Part shown: one piece after another, positions 51,320 through 64,000 of the stretch
Position numbering within the stretch: position 1 is the stretch's first letter
Layout of the letters: every line of letters starts with the position of its first letter
Source: Isurus oxyrinchus
Taxonomy: Eukaryota
Assembly (NCBI GenBank): GCA_026770705.1
Contig: JANJGN010000018.1
Coordinates: forward strand, 59,396,001 to 59,460,000
Direction of reading: 5' to 3'
Length of the DNA stretch: 64,000 nucleotides
Made by a program: the position numbers and the translations under genes
The notes under the pieces: generated by a model
What the model saw: only the letters and a program-made list of their open reading frames with translations
The model's database searches: none
Told to the model about the DNA's origin: nothing

Positions 51320-52761
51320 CTATGTACAAAAGCACAAGAACTCATAAATCAGCCATTTAGAGGGAACTCAAAATCACCCTCTCACAAAGACTATTTACTC
51401 ATTAGCTACACTTTACATCGTTTCATGAAATTCTACATCGTGCAGGCTCATTGCTGGAACACGCCCGATTTATCCGCCAGGCAAAGTCATAAACTAGAGC
51501 AAAATGTCGGTAGAGACTTTCGAAAGTCCTGCATTTACTGTAGTCTCAGAGTCTGGGGATAACCAATAGTTTATGTATTGAATTAATGCAAGTTGTCCCT
51601 CCCCCAGCCACCCGACACTGTCTTCATCCATAAAGCAGAGCAGATCACCAGAACAGGCCGCGAGAATCGGGGCTTTAGTGGCAGCAGGGGAAGTTTCTAT
51701 TCTGTGTCCAGGATAATAACACTCCTGAAAGAACCAACTTTAAAGAAATGATCAGTTCATTTTAGGAGATTGGCCTGTGTTGTTTGGAAGGAACTCTTAC
51801 TTCACGCGGTAACTGAAATTCAAATACCCTGCATGATGTATACTTGAGTAACCCATCCAAACTCTGCAGAGAACCGCATCAGATCTCCGTCGTACTTTCC
51901 AGTTAGAAAAGCAGTTATGCCGGAACATCCTCATTTCAAAGTAGCGAATATCCCTAATGTCTGCAGACTGTAAACCATTTATTCCCATTTGCAGCTAATA
52001 CGACGCCCATTAAGAAAGTTATTTTGAGACATCCTTTGATTTTACTGTAAATATGGAATGGGGATTGAAAATTCACCGCCCTCCACCATTTGCATTCTGT
52101 CAGAAACACAAACTTTAACCTACTTTCCTTCTCAAAATCTTAACTGAACAAAACTTGATTTCACTGAATCAATCAACTGTTAGTTTAATTCAAAATCAAG
52201 TTTTTAAAAAAAAATCCCACAGATCTCCTAAATGTTTCCCCCAAGTCCCTCTCCATTGAGGTAAGGAGGGAAGAGGTGAAAAGTTCCTTTTCCGAGCTCA
52301 TTTCACTCGAAGGCGCAATGGGATGTTTGGTGTGTTTATCGACGGCATATTTGGAAAGTAACCAATCGCAAACACGCCATCTCTATTCAATCATTTTAAA
52401 TAAAATAACATCAAACAATTGTTCTGCATGAATCGATAATAAATTCAACATTTCCTGCAGTAGTTAGGTATCCCTAGCCTGAGCTAGAAAGTATTCCCAC
52501 TATTTCAAAATTTACCCAAGTGTTTGAGACACATTTTAAACAGTATACGTTCTTCAAACAATACTGTGCAGAGTTGCAAACCAGACACCGATGCTTTGCA
52601 CACTGGAATTGTAGTGCCAACACTTCTGGCTCTTGGCAGAAAAGTACGAAATTAGTTTTTTTTGCTTAAAAGTGCACTGGATCTTCGGTGCTATAATCCA
52701 GTGAAGTTTTCCACCCTACCCTGTTAGTGGGGGGGGGGGGCGGGGTGGGTTAGCTCCTTAC

Positions 52762-52948
52762 CTTCACTGGCTGTGTCCGGCTCATTCCTAGCTGTGAGAA
52801 GCGGCAATGCTTGGGCTCCAATACATCTGATCTTGCAAGGGCTCCTCCGGCCCAGAATACTGTCGATGCAGTAAGAGGAGAGCAAAGTTGGAGATTTACT
52901 TTTGCACTCGGATCTCTCGCAAATCTCCTCCTTGTATTGAGTTGTCAT
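52762..52948 (-). CDS. ARX: Aristaless-related homeobox, coding exon 1 (187 nt)
   Basis: ATG in good context (gaaccATGa). Encodes [39 protein letters not shown]..., including the octapeptide/eh1 motif SYCIDSILG. Donor AG|GTAAG, phase 1. Confidence 0.96.
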
Positions 52949-53140
52949 GGTTCGAGCCTGAGTTCTGGGTTGTCGGAGGCTACGATTCCCCCACTTGTAC
53001 AGCAATCGCTCTTGCTCTGATCGAGGCACTAATGACATTTGTATTGGGCTGTAATTGCTTTCCTCTCGATTCTCCAATACACGTGCTGAAACCTCTGTGA
53101 TTGGCTCAGGGAGGTCTGGGGAGCCTCTTTTTTTTACATT
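52949..53140 (-). promoter_or_regulatory. ARX 5' UTR / proximal promoter
   Basis: Two minus-strand CCAAT motifs (ATTGG on + near 53043 and 53100) and a TAAT site directly upstream of exon 1. The TSS cannot be determined from sequence. Confidence 0.5.
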
Positions 53141-56100
53141 CCACCAACACGAAGTTTGGGCGAACAGGAAAACGCGATCTGGCACTTCAAGGAATGAACC
53201 TCGTTAAAGAGGCCGGCTCCTCTTGATAGAGTTGTTTCAAGCGGCTGTTACAGCTCTCAGGCGGTGAGGCTGAACAGATGACTTATCCGAGCAGATGCGT
53301 GCTGTAATACGCAGACCTCACCTGTTAACCGACTTTTCAATACTTCAGTTTTGAAAAATTGTGGTGTGCATCCGATCGTTAGGAATTACACCCTGGAAGC
53401 ATAAATTAAGATTAAGATCTTATAGGTCAGGGTACTTTCCATATATATCGTAATAATCCATTAAGTTTTCTGTGTCTTAACATTTATGAATTGTAACTTA
53501 AAGGAAAGTGCTGAATTTATATCTTTCACAAAAAGAGCTCGGACCAATCTGATGCATTTAATGTGGAAAAGGGATGCATTTCTGGATCTGATCTGGAACT
53601 AACTCAAACGCCGATCCTGCTCTATCAGCTAAATATTGCGAATGAATGAACTGTAATTGGGTCAATGTGATTCATGCCTTCTTAAAGATTATATGCTGCT
53701 GATCTGAAGTGATATTTCTCTATCTGTTGACAGAATGCCCAGGGGATTTTAATTGTTTTTTGAAACGGTTTAAAGAATTTCAGCCCGTGGTTTCGCGTAA
53801 CGTCTGCAAACCCGGCACGCTGAATAATCCGCAACAGGACTTTGTAACTACCCCCTCTTCACCCATCAAATTAAAGGATAGATTAACTTGTAATGTGATA
53901 TATTAAACGTTCGTATTCGTGGCTAAATGTGTTTTACAATAATACCGATTGTCGTGATTTTTGTAAGATATGGATCTGGTCAGTGAACGTGATCTATACT
54001 GTCAGGAATGTGATCTGGAGTGCAGAGTTGATCAATGTTGAGATTATGATCATTTCATAAACTGATCCTGTAAAAGGCCTTTATGAGAAATAATAAGTTA
54101 TATGGACCAGCCAAATGGCTCAATCCTAGGAACTCCACTCGGCTATTAGGTATGAAAATTCACTTGATTACACTGCGTTCACCCTCATCGACTGTTCAGT
54201 GTAAATGGCGTATTGCAGATATTTCTCAGCGGAGAATTTAATGTTGCATGTATAATAGCACTTCACGATAAAACGGCGCATTGCGCGACTTCCTGGGGGG
54301 GAAAAGCCTGAAACCTTTTGTTTTTCTAGCGCAGATCTAAATTTAATTACACAGCGGAAACAACCAGCTCAACTACATATCAACATTATAGCCCCAAACA
54401 GCATGCGCTTCAGACTCCCTTTCGATTTGAGATTGTCCGCTTCGTGCCATTAAATGCCGTCAGTTTTCAAAAAAATAAAGAATATGGTGCAACTTTTGGA
54501 AAGTCGTCTAGCTGCAAATAAATATCTCTGAGCTAGAATTTCCGACTAGATTTTGGGCAGTTTGAGGAAACTCATCATAAACGAGAAAGAGAGAGAGAGA
54601 GTGTGAGAGAGATGGGAAATGACACAGTGAACAGTGAGAGATGGAAGCTCGACTGTGAAAAGGTATGTCTCTCTCTCCCTGTCTCCCGCACACGCATTTA
54701 TCCGCAAAGCAAACTAACTGTAGCAGAGATGCCGAAAGGCTATATAATCTAGAAAATACTGAGCGGTCTTGTAGAATAGGTTCGCTTGAACATATACACA
54801 TTTTCAACGTTGTACGAGCTAAATATGGAAAAAAAGATAATTATACAATAAAGGTAAATGTAAATATCGGTAAAACATTATTAAAACAAGACAAGACACA
54901 CTGATTCATATTTATTCACGTATTTTAAAAAATATTATTTAAAAACCCCTAAAAATATTTCAGTATTTCATCACACACTGCTTCAGGATGCAAAATAAAC
55001 TCTTTTTGACCAAAATGGAGCGGGACTGCTTTTCTGGAGAAACAAAACATTTACAAAAATGAATCATATTCACGTTTATCTGTGCGGATTACTGCCATAA
55101 AGGAAGCAATAGCAGCTTCCACTGCGCGAAATAATAAACAGACTTGTCGTTCTGTTTGCTGGAGGAGGGTATGCCTGTAAATTCGAGAAAGACATGAGAT
55201 TGATTAGGACACGAGGAGAATGTGTACACTGAAGCGGCTGGGTGTTATCCGAGCACAGTGTCCCGGGAGCTCAGCAACATCTCGTATCCCAATTGGCAAA
55301 ACACCATGAAAAGGTTTAATATTCGTTTATTTGCAGGGACCAGGGAGTTGGATATACATGCGGATTTGCCCGAGAAAGAAGTGGAACATGATGCTGGGTT
55401 TGTGCTACTCTCTCAGCTCTGATTGCTCCTTTCTGTAAACGAATAAAATTGACGTAAATGCATCGACTCGACAATTAAAAGTGCCAGATATGTTAATACA
55501 AAGTGCGTTATTAACACTCATAATTAACTCCTCGCTTGTAATCGAATGTGTCAGTCTTACACAACACAAGTAAAGGCAGATACAAGCTAATGACGTTGGA
55601 ACCAATGGGTGCTGACTGTTTGATTATTATGCCATATTGAAAATATTTTTTAAAGAGCTAAATTCCTTCGAGGATAAGTGCCAGGAACATATGTTGTGGT
55701 TGATAACCATTGCTACTGAAATATTTAGTCAACAGTCCTTTGCCACCTCTACCTAGCTATATCTTTAGCAGTGTATTTATATTTGCGTATTTATATAGAG
55801 TTATACCTCAAACAGAGCCGTGTGAACGGGCGAGCTCCCTAACTACTTTGATCAGATGCACTCGATCTCCAAACGCCTCTTTACCAACACATTCACCCCA
55901 TTTCAATACAATCACAAAGTGACGTTTTGAAATATTTTTCTTAACTGCTATATAAATTGAAAATGAGCTAACGGAAGAAGAGCAGGATCTAACCAAAAAA
56001 AAACATCATTGCAGACAAGCCAATATCATATGAAGCAAATGACAAACACAATAGAATTTATTTATTTCGTTTTAATAAATAAGCCAGTGGGGATTAATGT

Positions 56101-58439
56101 AGAAGGTCAGGAGTTAAACAGTAAAAGAGAGCATGTTAAGGATGATGAATGCATTTAGAAAGCTGAGACCTGGCAAGGCGGATGTGTTCTCTTTAATACC
56201 CCGAGCTAAAATAATTATTAATAATAATACGCAGTCGGTTGGGTCCTGCTAACCATCTTCACGTTTCATTAATCGATGGCGGCATCGCAAAACATTGGAG
56301 GAGAAATTCACGGAACTCCTTCAATCTCGTTTCACCTTTGCGCATCTTGTGTGACCTGATTGATCTGAACTAAAATATGTTTCAATGAACTGCAATATGT
56401 TTCAATGAACTGCAGAATAACTAGAGGAACCCAAGGGTTCATTTGCATGGCTGCTTGCGGCCTGCTTTTCAAACGCCACATTATGCATCCATGCATCTAT
56501 TATGACTGCAACTACATGAGAGGCTACCTGTACAAGCAAACGATATAAAATTTGGATTCACACAGGTACACAGGATTTTTGAAAGCTGGCAATGACACAC
56601 ACTCCCTGTGTTTAGGGTGACTGAGAATGGAACAGGGGCAGTGTAACTATTGATTTATTCCTGCCTTCAGCTAATGCTTATTTAGCATCAGTGCCTCACA
56701 TTTGAAATATTTCCCCCCATTTCCCAAGATAAACCTGTTCAATGTCTCTCTAAAACGTGCTTCCGCACCCACTTATAAAATGCTATTATACAGCACAAAA
56801 GCTCAGGGGCATTAACGTGACATGCGCAAGAAGTAGAGTATTTAATATTTACTGTCCTCTGCCATTGAATAGAGATTATGTAGAGTTTTTTTTAATCCTG
56901 GATTCAGTGCTTTGATTGTTACAAGTTAAATTCTATTTGTAATTTCTTCATTTCCTGTGGGTGCCTTTTGGCATTCAGACAGCTAACAGTTGTTTTAATC
57001 AGTGATGCCACTTCACCCGTAACAAAATAATATACATTTCGTACGGGCGTTTCAGAAACCCTAATTCCATCCAGCTCCAGTGAAACGTTATGTACAAACT
57101 CAGTACCACCGTTTACAGATGACCAAATGGAATTCGAGCTGATGTGTTTGTTGCTCAGGTACAGAGCTTGACGGCGGGTTTCCCAAACTTCCAAGTCACG
57201 AAAGTCTATGCTGAAATTTAAGCATCACTTAAAGCAGCAATATATACACTAATGCATTGGGAATGGAAACAGAATTCCACTGTTCGCCCCACGGGCATCA
57301 AGCAAACAGTGAAACCAGTAAAAATGCAACAGATTATTCTGCAATAGTCGTAATTATACATATGCTCGCAATGATTATATAAACTCAAAGATAATAGTCT
57401 AGTAGGGAACCGCAACATTTTACCCCACCCCAGACTATTCCCGCTGTCAGCACAGTGATGCTTGCAGGTAATACTCAATGTATTGTTCATTTAAAACTAC
57501 CGTTAAACGTTGAACAAGATTGCTAGCAGTGGTGAAATAACGAAAAATCACAGAAGTAAATTCACATAAGCATTGGTCACACTCTGACAAAAATTTTAAA
57601 AAGTTAAAATTACAAAACTTGCTAATCCCATTTTAACTCACATAATAAATTATTTAAGACGGAAAGGGACAAGTGAGAAAGAAGAAACATCTACACCTAC
57701 AATCATCACTCTTTTCCTACACACACATATATAGTGTAGTTGAATATATTTTCTTTATGTAATACAAAACTCGAAATAGAAAATAATTGCACTTTCTTAC
57801 CAAGTGAAAAATAATACACTAGAAATTTGTCGTCAGCTTTGAAGCACAATTTCAATTTACTTATGATCCCTGAAAACGCTCAAAGTCTGCCACTGACGGC
57901 AGAATATTTCTGCGATATCGTCTGAATGAGGGCCTGGAAAAGGAACTTTGTTTCTCTCTTGCCAAGATGCAAAAATAAAGTGATGAGGAAACAAGATTTC
58001 CAGGAAACCCGGAATCATGCGTTTTTCAATGGGATGGCTCCATCTGGTGGCAGCAACAGTAATGGACAAAACAACGAGGTACCGAAGATGCTGGATATTT
58101 ATTTATATTGAAAACGGAAAATGCTTGAAATACAAAGCTGCTCATTCACATCTGTTAAAAGACAAACCATGAGGTTGTGTGTGTGTGTGTGTATGCGCGC
58201 GCGGGCTACTTTTTTATACTGGCGGACTCAGAGAATGTGATTCCAACATTTTTATTGTTTTTATTGCAGTAATTGATGAAAGCACGCCAGAAATGAAAGC
58301 GGAGCCACTATACGTCTTGCTATATCATCTAAACAGTACTGGATACGATTGGCCCACTTAGGCATGGTTCAGATAGTGATTTTTGATTACTTCAGGTAGT
58401 TTCTAATTTTTTTTTTTGCTGATGAAGTTTTAACAATGG

Positions 58440-59760
58440 TTTGCATACAACCCGCATATATCTTGCACTTATATAATTCCAGGTTCCTAGAACATACCAA
58501 GGCACCTCACAGGTGTGTTATCAAACAAAAATTGACACCAGCCACACAAGGATACACATTAGGTCAGAGGGGTAGCTTTTAAGGAGGAGAGGTGCAGAAG
58601 TTCAGGGAGCAGAATTTACAGTGGGCACCAAAGCAAAGGTTTAATTTTCTTGATACTTAACTGAAGGAAATGTCTGCTCATGCAATGCTGGACTGGGTTG
58701 AGCAGCATAATAGGAGCGGGGCAGTGGAGGCGCTGAGAGAGGTGTGGTCAGTTCAAGTTTGGTATCATCAGTACAGATGTGGAAGCTAAGGTGGTGTTTT
58801 TGAATGATGTTACTTGGGGGTGCTAAGTAAAATAGAAATAGGAAGGTGGTGGGCAACTGTAGAACCTTGGGAACTCCAGAGGTAATTGTGCAGGAACTGG
58901 AAGAGAAGCCATTGCAGGTCATACTCTGGTTACAGCTGGATAGATAGAAATGGAACTAGACAGGTACAATTCCTGAAGGGTCATATGGACGGGAGCATTA
59001 ACTCTGTTTCTCTCTCCACAGATGCTGTCAGATCTGCTGAGTTTTACCAGCATTTTCTGTTTTTGTTTCAGGTACAATTCCACTCAGCTGGACATGGGGA
59101 GGAGGCATTGGACTAAGAGGGTGTGGTTAACCATATCAAAGGCTACAGAAGGATTTACCAGGGTCATGGTCACACATTTGTGATGTTTCAGTGCTTTGGC
59201 AGTGGCAGAAACCGAATTGGAGGGATTCAAACATGGAGTTCCAGGAAAGATAGGCATGGCTTTGGGAGGCAGCAAACTATTCAAGGACTTTGCAGAGAAA
59301 ATGAAGTTTGACGAGTAGGTGATAGTTTGAAAGAACTGAAGGTCAAAGGTGTGTATTTTTGAGGAGAGGGTTGATGATGACTACAGTCTTGTTGGGGAGG
59401 AGGACAGTACCTGAGGGCAAAGAAACATTAACGATATCAGTTAACATGGGGCCAAGAAGGGATGTTGGGTGGTTGGGAGATGGGTCTCACAGACAAGATG
59501 AATTTGGAGAGGGCAAGAAGGGAGATAGGAAGGAACCTAGAGGAAGATGGGCTAGGTTTAGGGGAGTCTCAGAGGAAGCTTGGCCTGGTGGGTTAGGGAT
59601 AGTTAGAAGAGCAGTAGAAGCAGTGAATGAATGGTCTCAACCTTAGTGACAAAGATCTGCATGAACTCTTAGCACTTGTTGGAAGTGATGGTGGCAAGGG
59701 CAGGGGCAATAGGGTTAAGAAAAAGATTTATAGTGGAGAAGAGAAGTTGGGGCTCATTGT
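58440..59760 (-). mobile_element. L2 LINE fragment
   Basis: ITSGVPKVLQ, HICTDDTKL (decayed YADD) and SVAFDMVNHTLL remnants. Confidence 0.75.
58974..59068 (+). mobile_element. Short Penelope-like insertion into an L2 fragment, perfect 13-bp TSD
   Basis: CAGGTACAATTCC at 58961-58973 and 59069-59081. The body matches the 33353 family and starts inside a decayed hammerhead core. Confidence 0.75.
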
Positions 59761-60954
59761 AACATCTCAAATAAAAGTTTGGTGTAAAATCCCCACTGAA
59801 ATACACCTGAAACACTCAGAAAGCACAATGTCAATCTGTTCTGTTCTGGAGTCACTCCAGGCATCCTTGCCTTGCTGAGTGAGGTTGCACAAAAGTGTGT
59901 AAAGTTTTCTGTAATAATCTCTATCCAATGAAGATTTGGTTGAGACTGCCAAACTTATTCCATGTTGGATGCTCACAGCCAGAAAGAAGAGAAAATTTCC
60001 ATCTGAACATTCTGGCCTGGATTGGATTCCAGGTGCTCAAAAGAAGAATAATGCACTGGAACAGATAATGCAGCTTTGGGTCAGCAGCCCTGGGGCTTCT
60101 GTGAATAAAGTGCGGAATGTGCCAGTGTTAGAATGACTTAATCTCAGACGATAATATTGCAACAATGCTTTTGGCATTGAGTACAGATTGTGCTGAAAAT
60201 GCCATAGGTGTGCGAGGCTTGAAGGTGAAGTCTCAGTAACGATGGAAGGGTTACTTGCTACCTATACTGCAGCACCAGCCATTTGGAATGCTTTGAGGCC
60301 TTTGCAGACCAAAGTGGACAGGAACTAGGGTTGCTCCAATTAGAGAGCAGGAATTCAACATTTGTCTTACGAGGTTTCCCCAAAGTGCCCATTGCAAAGT
60401 GACACTGAGCAATTGGAGCACAAACCTGTTTGGGATTTGGAAGCTTCAGGTTCCTTGTACCCTGGTTGTTACCTACCACACTGCTTCATTCTCAATGCAC
60501 CAGAAATGGAGTAAAGCTTGAAGTCAGATAATATTTGGCATGAGAGATCAAAGTGTGATAGGATTTCAGGTGTTGAAATCTGTATTATATACATTGTTGT
60601 GTTTAGTTCCTATAAAAGACCTATTTGGATATGACCTTGAAAACAAACAATATAGGAGGACATTTGCCACTTTGCATTACTGAACCCAATGCCAAATGAT
60701 AATACTCAATATGCTTCATCCCAAACACAACAACAGTTTAAAGGTATAATCATCTGATTTGTGTTTGTGTGTATTTGGTGACCTGATATGCAGTGTTGTA
60801 TGTCTGGGTTTCATGATATATATGTACCTGTGTTTTGTGTATTTCTGTGTGTTTGGTGTCATGTGTTATGTGACTGTGTTCAAGTGTGTGTGAAGCATTT
60901 AATAGTGCTTGATTTCCTTTTGCCAAGTTTTCTTCTATCAAGTTCTGTTCAACT

Positions 60955-61482
60955 TTTATAGAACACTGATTTGGCCTCAGCTGGAGTATTGAATCCAGTT
61001 CTGGGTGCCACACTTTAGGAAAGATGTGAAGGCATTGGAGAGAGTGCAGAAAAAAATCACAAGAATGGAACTTTAATTACATAGATTGATTGGAAAAGTT
61101 GGAACTGTTTTCCTTGGAGAAGGTTGAGAGGAGATTTGATAGATGTATTCAAAATCATGAGGGGTCTGGACAGAGTAGATAGGGAAAAAACTGTTCCCAT
61201 TGGTGGAAGGATGGAGAAAAAGAGGGCACAGATTTAAGGCAAAAGAAGCAATAGCGACTGGGGGGGAAAAAAAAATCACACAGCAAGTGGAACGCACTGC
61301 CTGAGAGTCTGGTGGAGGCAAACTGAATCGAGGCATTCAAGAGGGAATTGGATTGTTATCTGAAAAGGAAGGATGTGCAGGGTTACAGGGAAAAGGAAGG
61401 CGAGTGGCACTAGGGGGATTGCTTCTTCAGAGCCAGGCTGAATGGCCTCCTTCTGGGCTATAACAGCTCTCTGATTCTGTGA
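60955..61482 (+). mobile_element. CR1 LINE 3' fragment
   Basis: Decayed RPQLEY..QFW.PHFRKDVKALERVQ coding and tail GGCTGAATGGCCTCCTTCTG...GATTCTGTG. Confidence 0.85.
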
Positions 61483-62744
61483 AGTTATGTTTCTCAATGT
61501 ACTCTGAATAAAGCAATGCTCATTGTTAAAGAGTAATTGATCAATTGTGAGTGGCAGCATTTTGTACGCACGCATGTGTATCAGTGGATGTGTTTTATCA
61601 TGACAGTGATTAATTTGGCACAAAACGTGGAGTGCTGCAATGATTGCTGATATAATAGATATCAATCTAGATAGGCTTTGCAAGTTATAACTGCCAACAA
61701 GTTATAACTGCCAACAAAGCACTGGTGTTCTTTCAAATATGCCTTTTTTAAAAAAATGAAATTAAAGAAGCAAACCATATTTTAAACGAAAGGTGTTATA
61801 AGGTGTATAGAGAGGGCAGTTGAAATTCAAGATAAAATGTAAGTATAAGTACTAGGGCTTTCCAACTGATAACTAGTCATACTATTGCTATAGTAGCTTC
61901 AGTGATATCATTCATTTCAGCACCTCTCAGTTCATTGCCTGCCATTATCCATAAAAAAAACATGATTACAGAGTAAAGTAAATTACAATTTCTGGTTGAC
62001 ACATTTGGTTGCTGAAGTGTTAATATTTTGTATTAACATAGTTCACCTTGAATGAATTCAAATGAAATTGAATTGAGTAGGGTAGACATATTACCTTGTT
62101 ACAATACGTATATTTTCATACAGAGAAAATATGGTTGAAGCTGTTTCATTTCCTCAGTATGCTTGATACATTTGTGACATATAGGAAGACAGCTTACTCA
62201 TTTCTGTTTCTCCATATTCTCTGCTGTATTTCTACTTATGAAACACCCTTCTAACACAGGGAAACAATCATTCTTGTTTGAAGAATAAAATGCCTTTATT
62301 ATTTGAAATTTAATTGGAACGTTACTGATCATTCATTTCTCCTTTTAACTTACACTTTGAAGACCTAAACTGAAGATTGTATCCTGCATCAATTGTAAGT
62401 AACAACATCGCCCCCTTCTGGACCTTATGTAGAAATAGAAAAATATAACCAAGCCCCTGGATGCTGCCAGGATATCATTTCTGACAGAAGTCCACAGTCC
62501 AGATCTTCTGGTCAGTGGCGATGCCGTGGTGATTACCTCTGATTGCAAAGGTCGTTTCTCATCTTTCCAGCTGGGTCTCCCTGTCCCTGCGGCAGCAGCA
62601 AGGCTTCAGCACTGCCATTCACAGAGAGGATTAGCAAGAGGAGCAGTGGAGAAGACAAAGCCCCTGTTTACCAAATCAGCTGTCATATTCAGGTAATTGT
62701 TGAAAGATCTCAAAGGTTCTCAGTGGGTTAGTGAATGAATAGCA

Positions 62745-62965
62745 GACTGAGTGGGGTGGGTGGGTGAGAGTGAGTGAGTGGGCGAGTGAGTGAATGGATG
62801 TGTCAGTGGATGTGTGGGTAGGTTGGTGGGTGAGTGAGTGGGCATGTGGGTGAATGGGCGAGTGAGTGAGTGGGTAAGTGAATGAATGAGTGGGCAGATA
62901 GGTGGTTGCGTGAGTGGGTGAGTAAGTGGTTAAGTGGGTGGGTGGGGAGTGAGTGAGTGAGTGGC
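62745..62965. repeat. Degenerate (GAGT/GGGT)n tetranucleotide repeat
   Basis: Directly visible, abutting the LINE 3' end. Confidence 0.9.
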
Positions 62966-62973
62966 TGTGTGAC

Positions 62974-64000
62974 TTTTTTTATTCATTCATGGGGTGTGGG
63001 ATTCGCTGGCTAGGCCAGCATTTATTGCCCATCCCTAATTGCCCTTGAGAAGGTGGTGGTGAGCTGCCTTCTTGAACCGCTGCAGTCCGTGTGGAGTAGG
63101 TACACCCACAGTGCTGTTAGGAAGGGAGTACTAGAATTTTGACCCAGTGACGGTGAAGGAATGGCAATATATTTCCAAGTCAGGATGGTGAGTGGCTTGG
63201 AGGGGAACTTCCAACTGGTGGTATTCCCATCTATCTGTTGACCTTGTCCTTCTAGATGGTAATGGTTCGTGGGTTTGGAAGGTGCTGTCAAAGGAGTCTT
63301 GATGATTTCCTGCAGTAAATCTTGCAGATGGTGCACACCGCTGCTACTGTGTGTCGGTGGTAGAGGGAGTGAATGTTTGTGGATGTGGTGCCAATCAAGC
63401 GAGCTGCTTTGTCCTGGAGAGTGTCAAACTTTTTGAGTGTTGTGGGAGCTGCACTCATCCAGGTAAGTGGGGAGTATTCCATCACACGCCTGACTTGTAC
63501 CTTGTAGATGGTGGACAGGCTTTGTGTGACTTCACTGACGGGGTAGTCAGGAGGTGAGTTACTCATCGCAGGATTCCTAGCCTCTAGCCTGCCCTTGTAG
63601 CCACAGTAGTTATATGGCTAGTCCAGTTCAGTTTCTGGTCAATGGTAACCCCCAGGATGTTGATAGTGGGGGACTCAGTGATGGTAATGCCATTGAACAT
63701 CAAGGGGTGATGGTTGGATTCTCTCCTGCTGGTGTTGGTCATTGCTTGACACTTGTGTGGTGTGAATGTTACTTGCCATTTGTCAGCCCAAGCCTGGATA
63801 TTGTCCAGGTTTGCTGCATTTGGACATGGATTGCTTCAGTATCTGAGGAGTCATGAATGATGCTGAACATTGTGCAATCATCAACAAACATCCCCACTTC
63901 TGACCTTATGATGGAAGGAAGGTTATTGATGAAGCAGCAGAAGATGGCTGGGCCGAGGATACGACCCTGAGGAACTCCTGCAGTGATCTCCTGGAGCTGA
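62974..64000 (-). mobile_element. Non-LTR retrotransposon 3' part (RTE-X-like), runs off the window
   Basis: RT C-terminal remnants (STIYKVQVRRVMEYSPLTWMSAAPTTLKKFDTLQDKAARLI) and a 3' UTR ending ATGAATGAATAAAAAAA. The clade assignment is inference. Confidence 0.85.

Noticed and set aside
61915-61935. REST/RE1-like TTCAGCACC
   Set aside because: Only the left half-site is present; the GGACAG half is absent.

Overview
This is AT-rich vertebrate DNA, most likely from a shark or other cartilaginous fish (inferred from the repeat families). It covers the conserved tail-to-tail POLA1-ARX block. Bases 1-22926 are the large last intron of POLA1, whose terminal coding exon is at 22927-23081 (+). A complete five-exon ARX gene lies on the minus strand (CDS 52948 to 43920, 453 aa, all introns GT-AG with consistent phases). 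About 38-58 kb is CpG-retaining and nearly transposon-free. The flanks hold decayed CR1, L2 and RTE-X-like LINEs, two SINE families sharing 3' tails with those LINEs, a MITE nested in a SINE, and a long inverted repeat. The most notable signal not explained by the genes is a family of ~95-160 bp Penelope-like insertions, several with 13-15 bp target-site duplications, carrying a minimal hammerhead ribozyme motif. Several non-coding blocks look like ARX enhancers, but conservation cannot be verified from this window. There is a 172-N gap at 8009-8180. I found no evidence for a wholly new protein-coding system.
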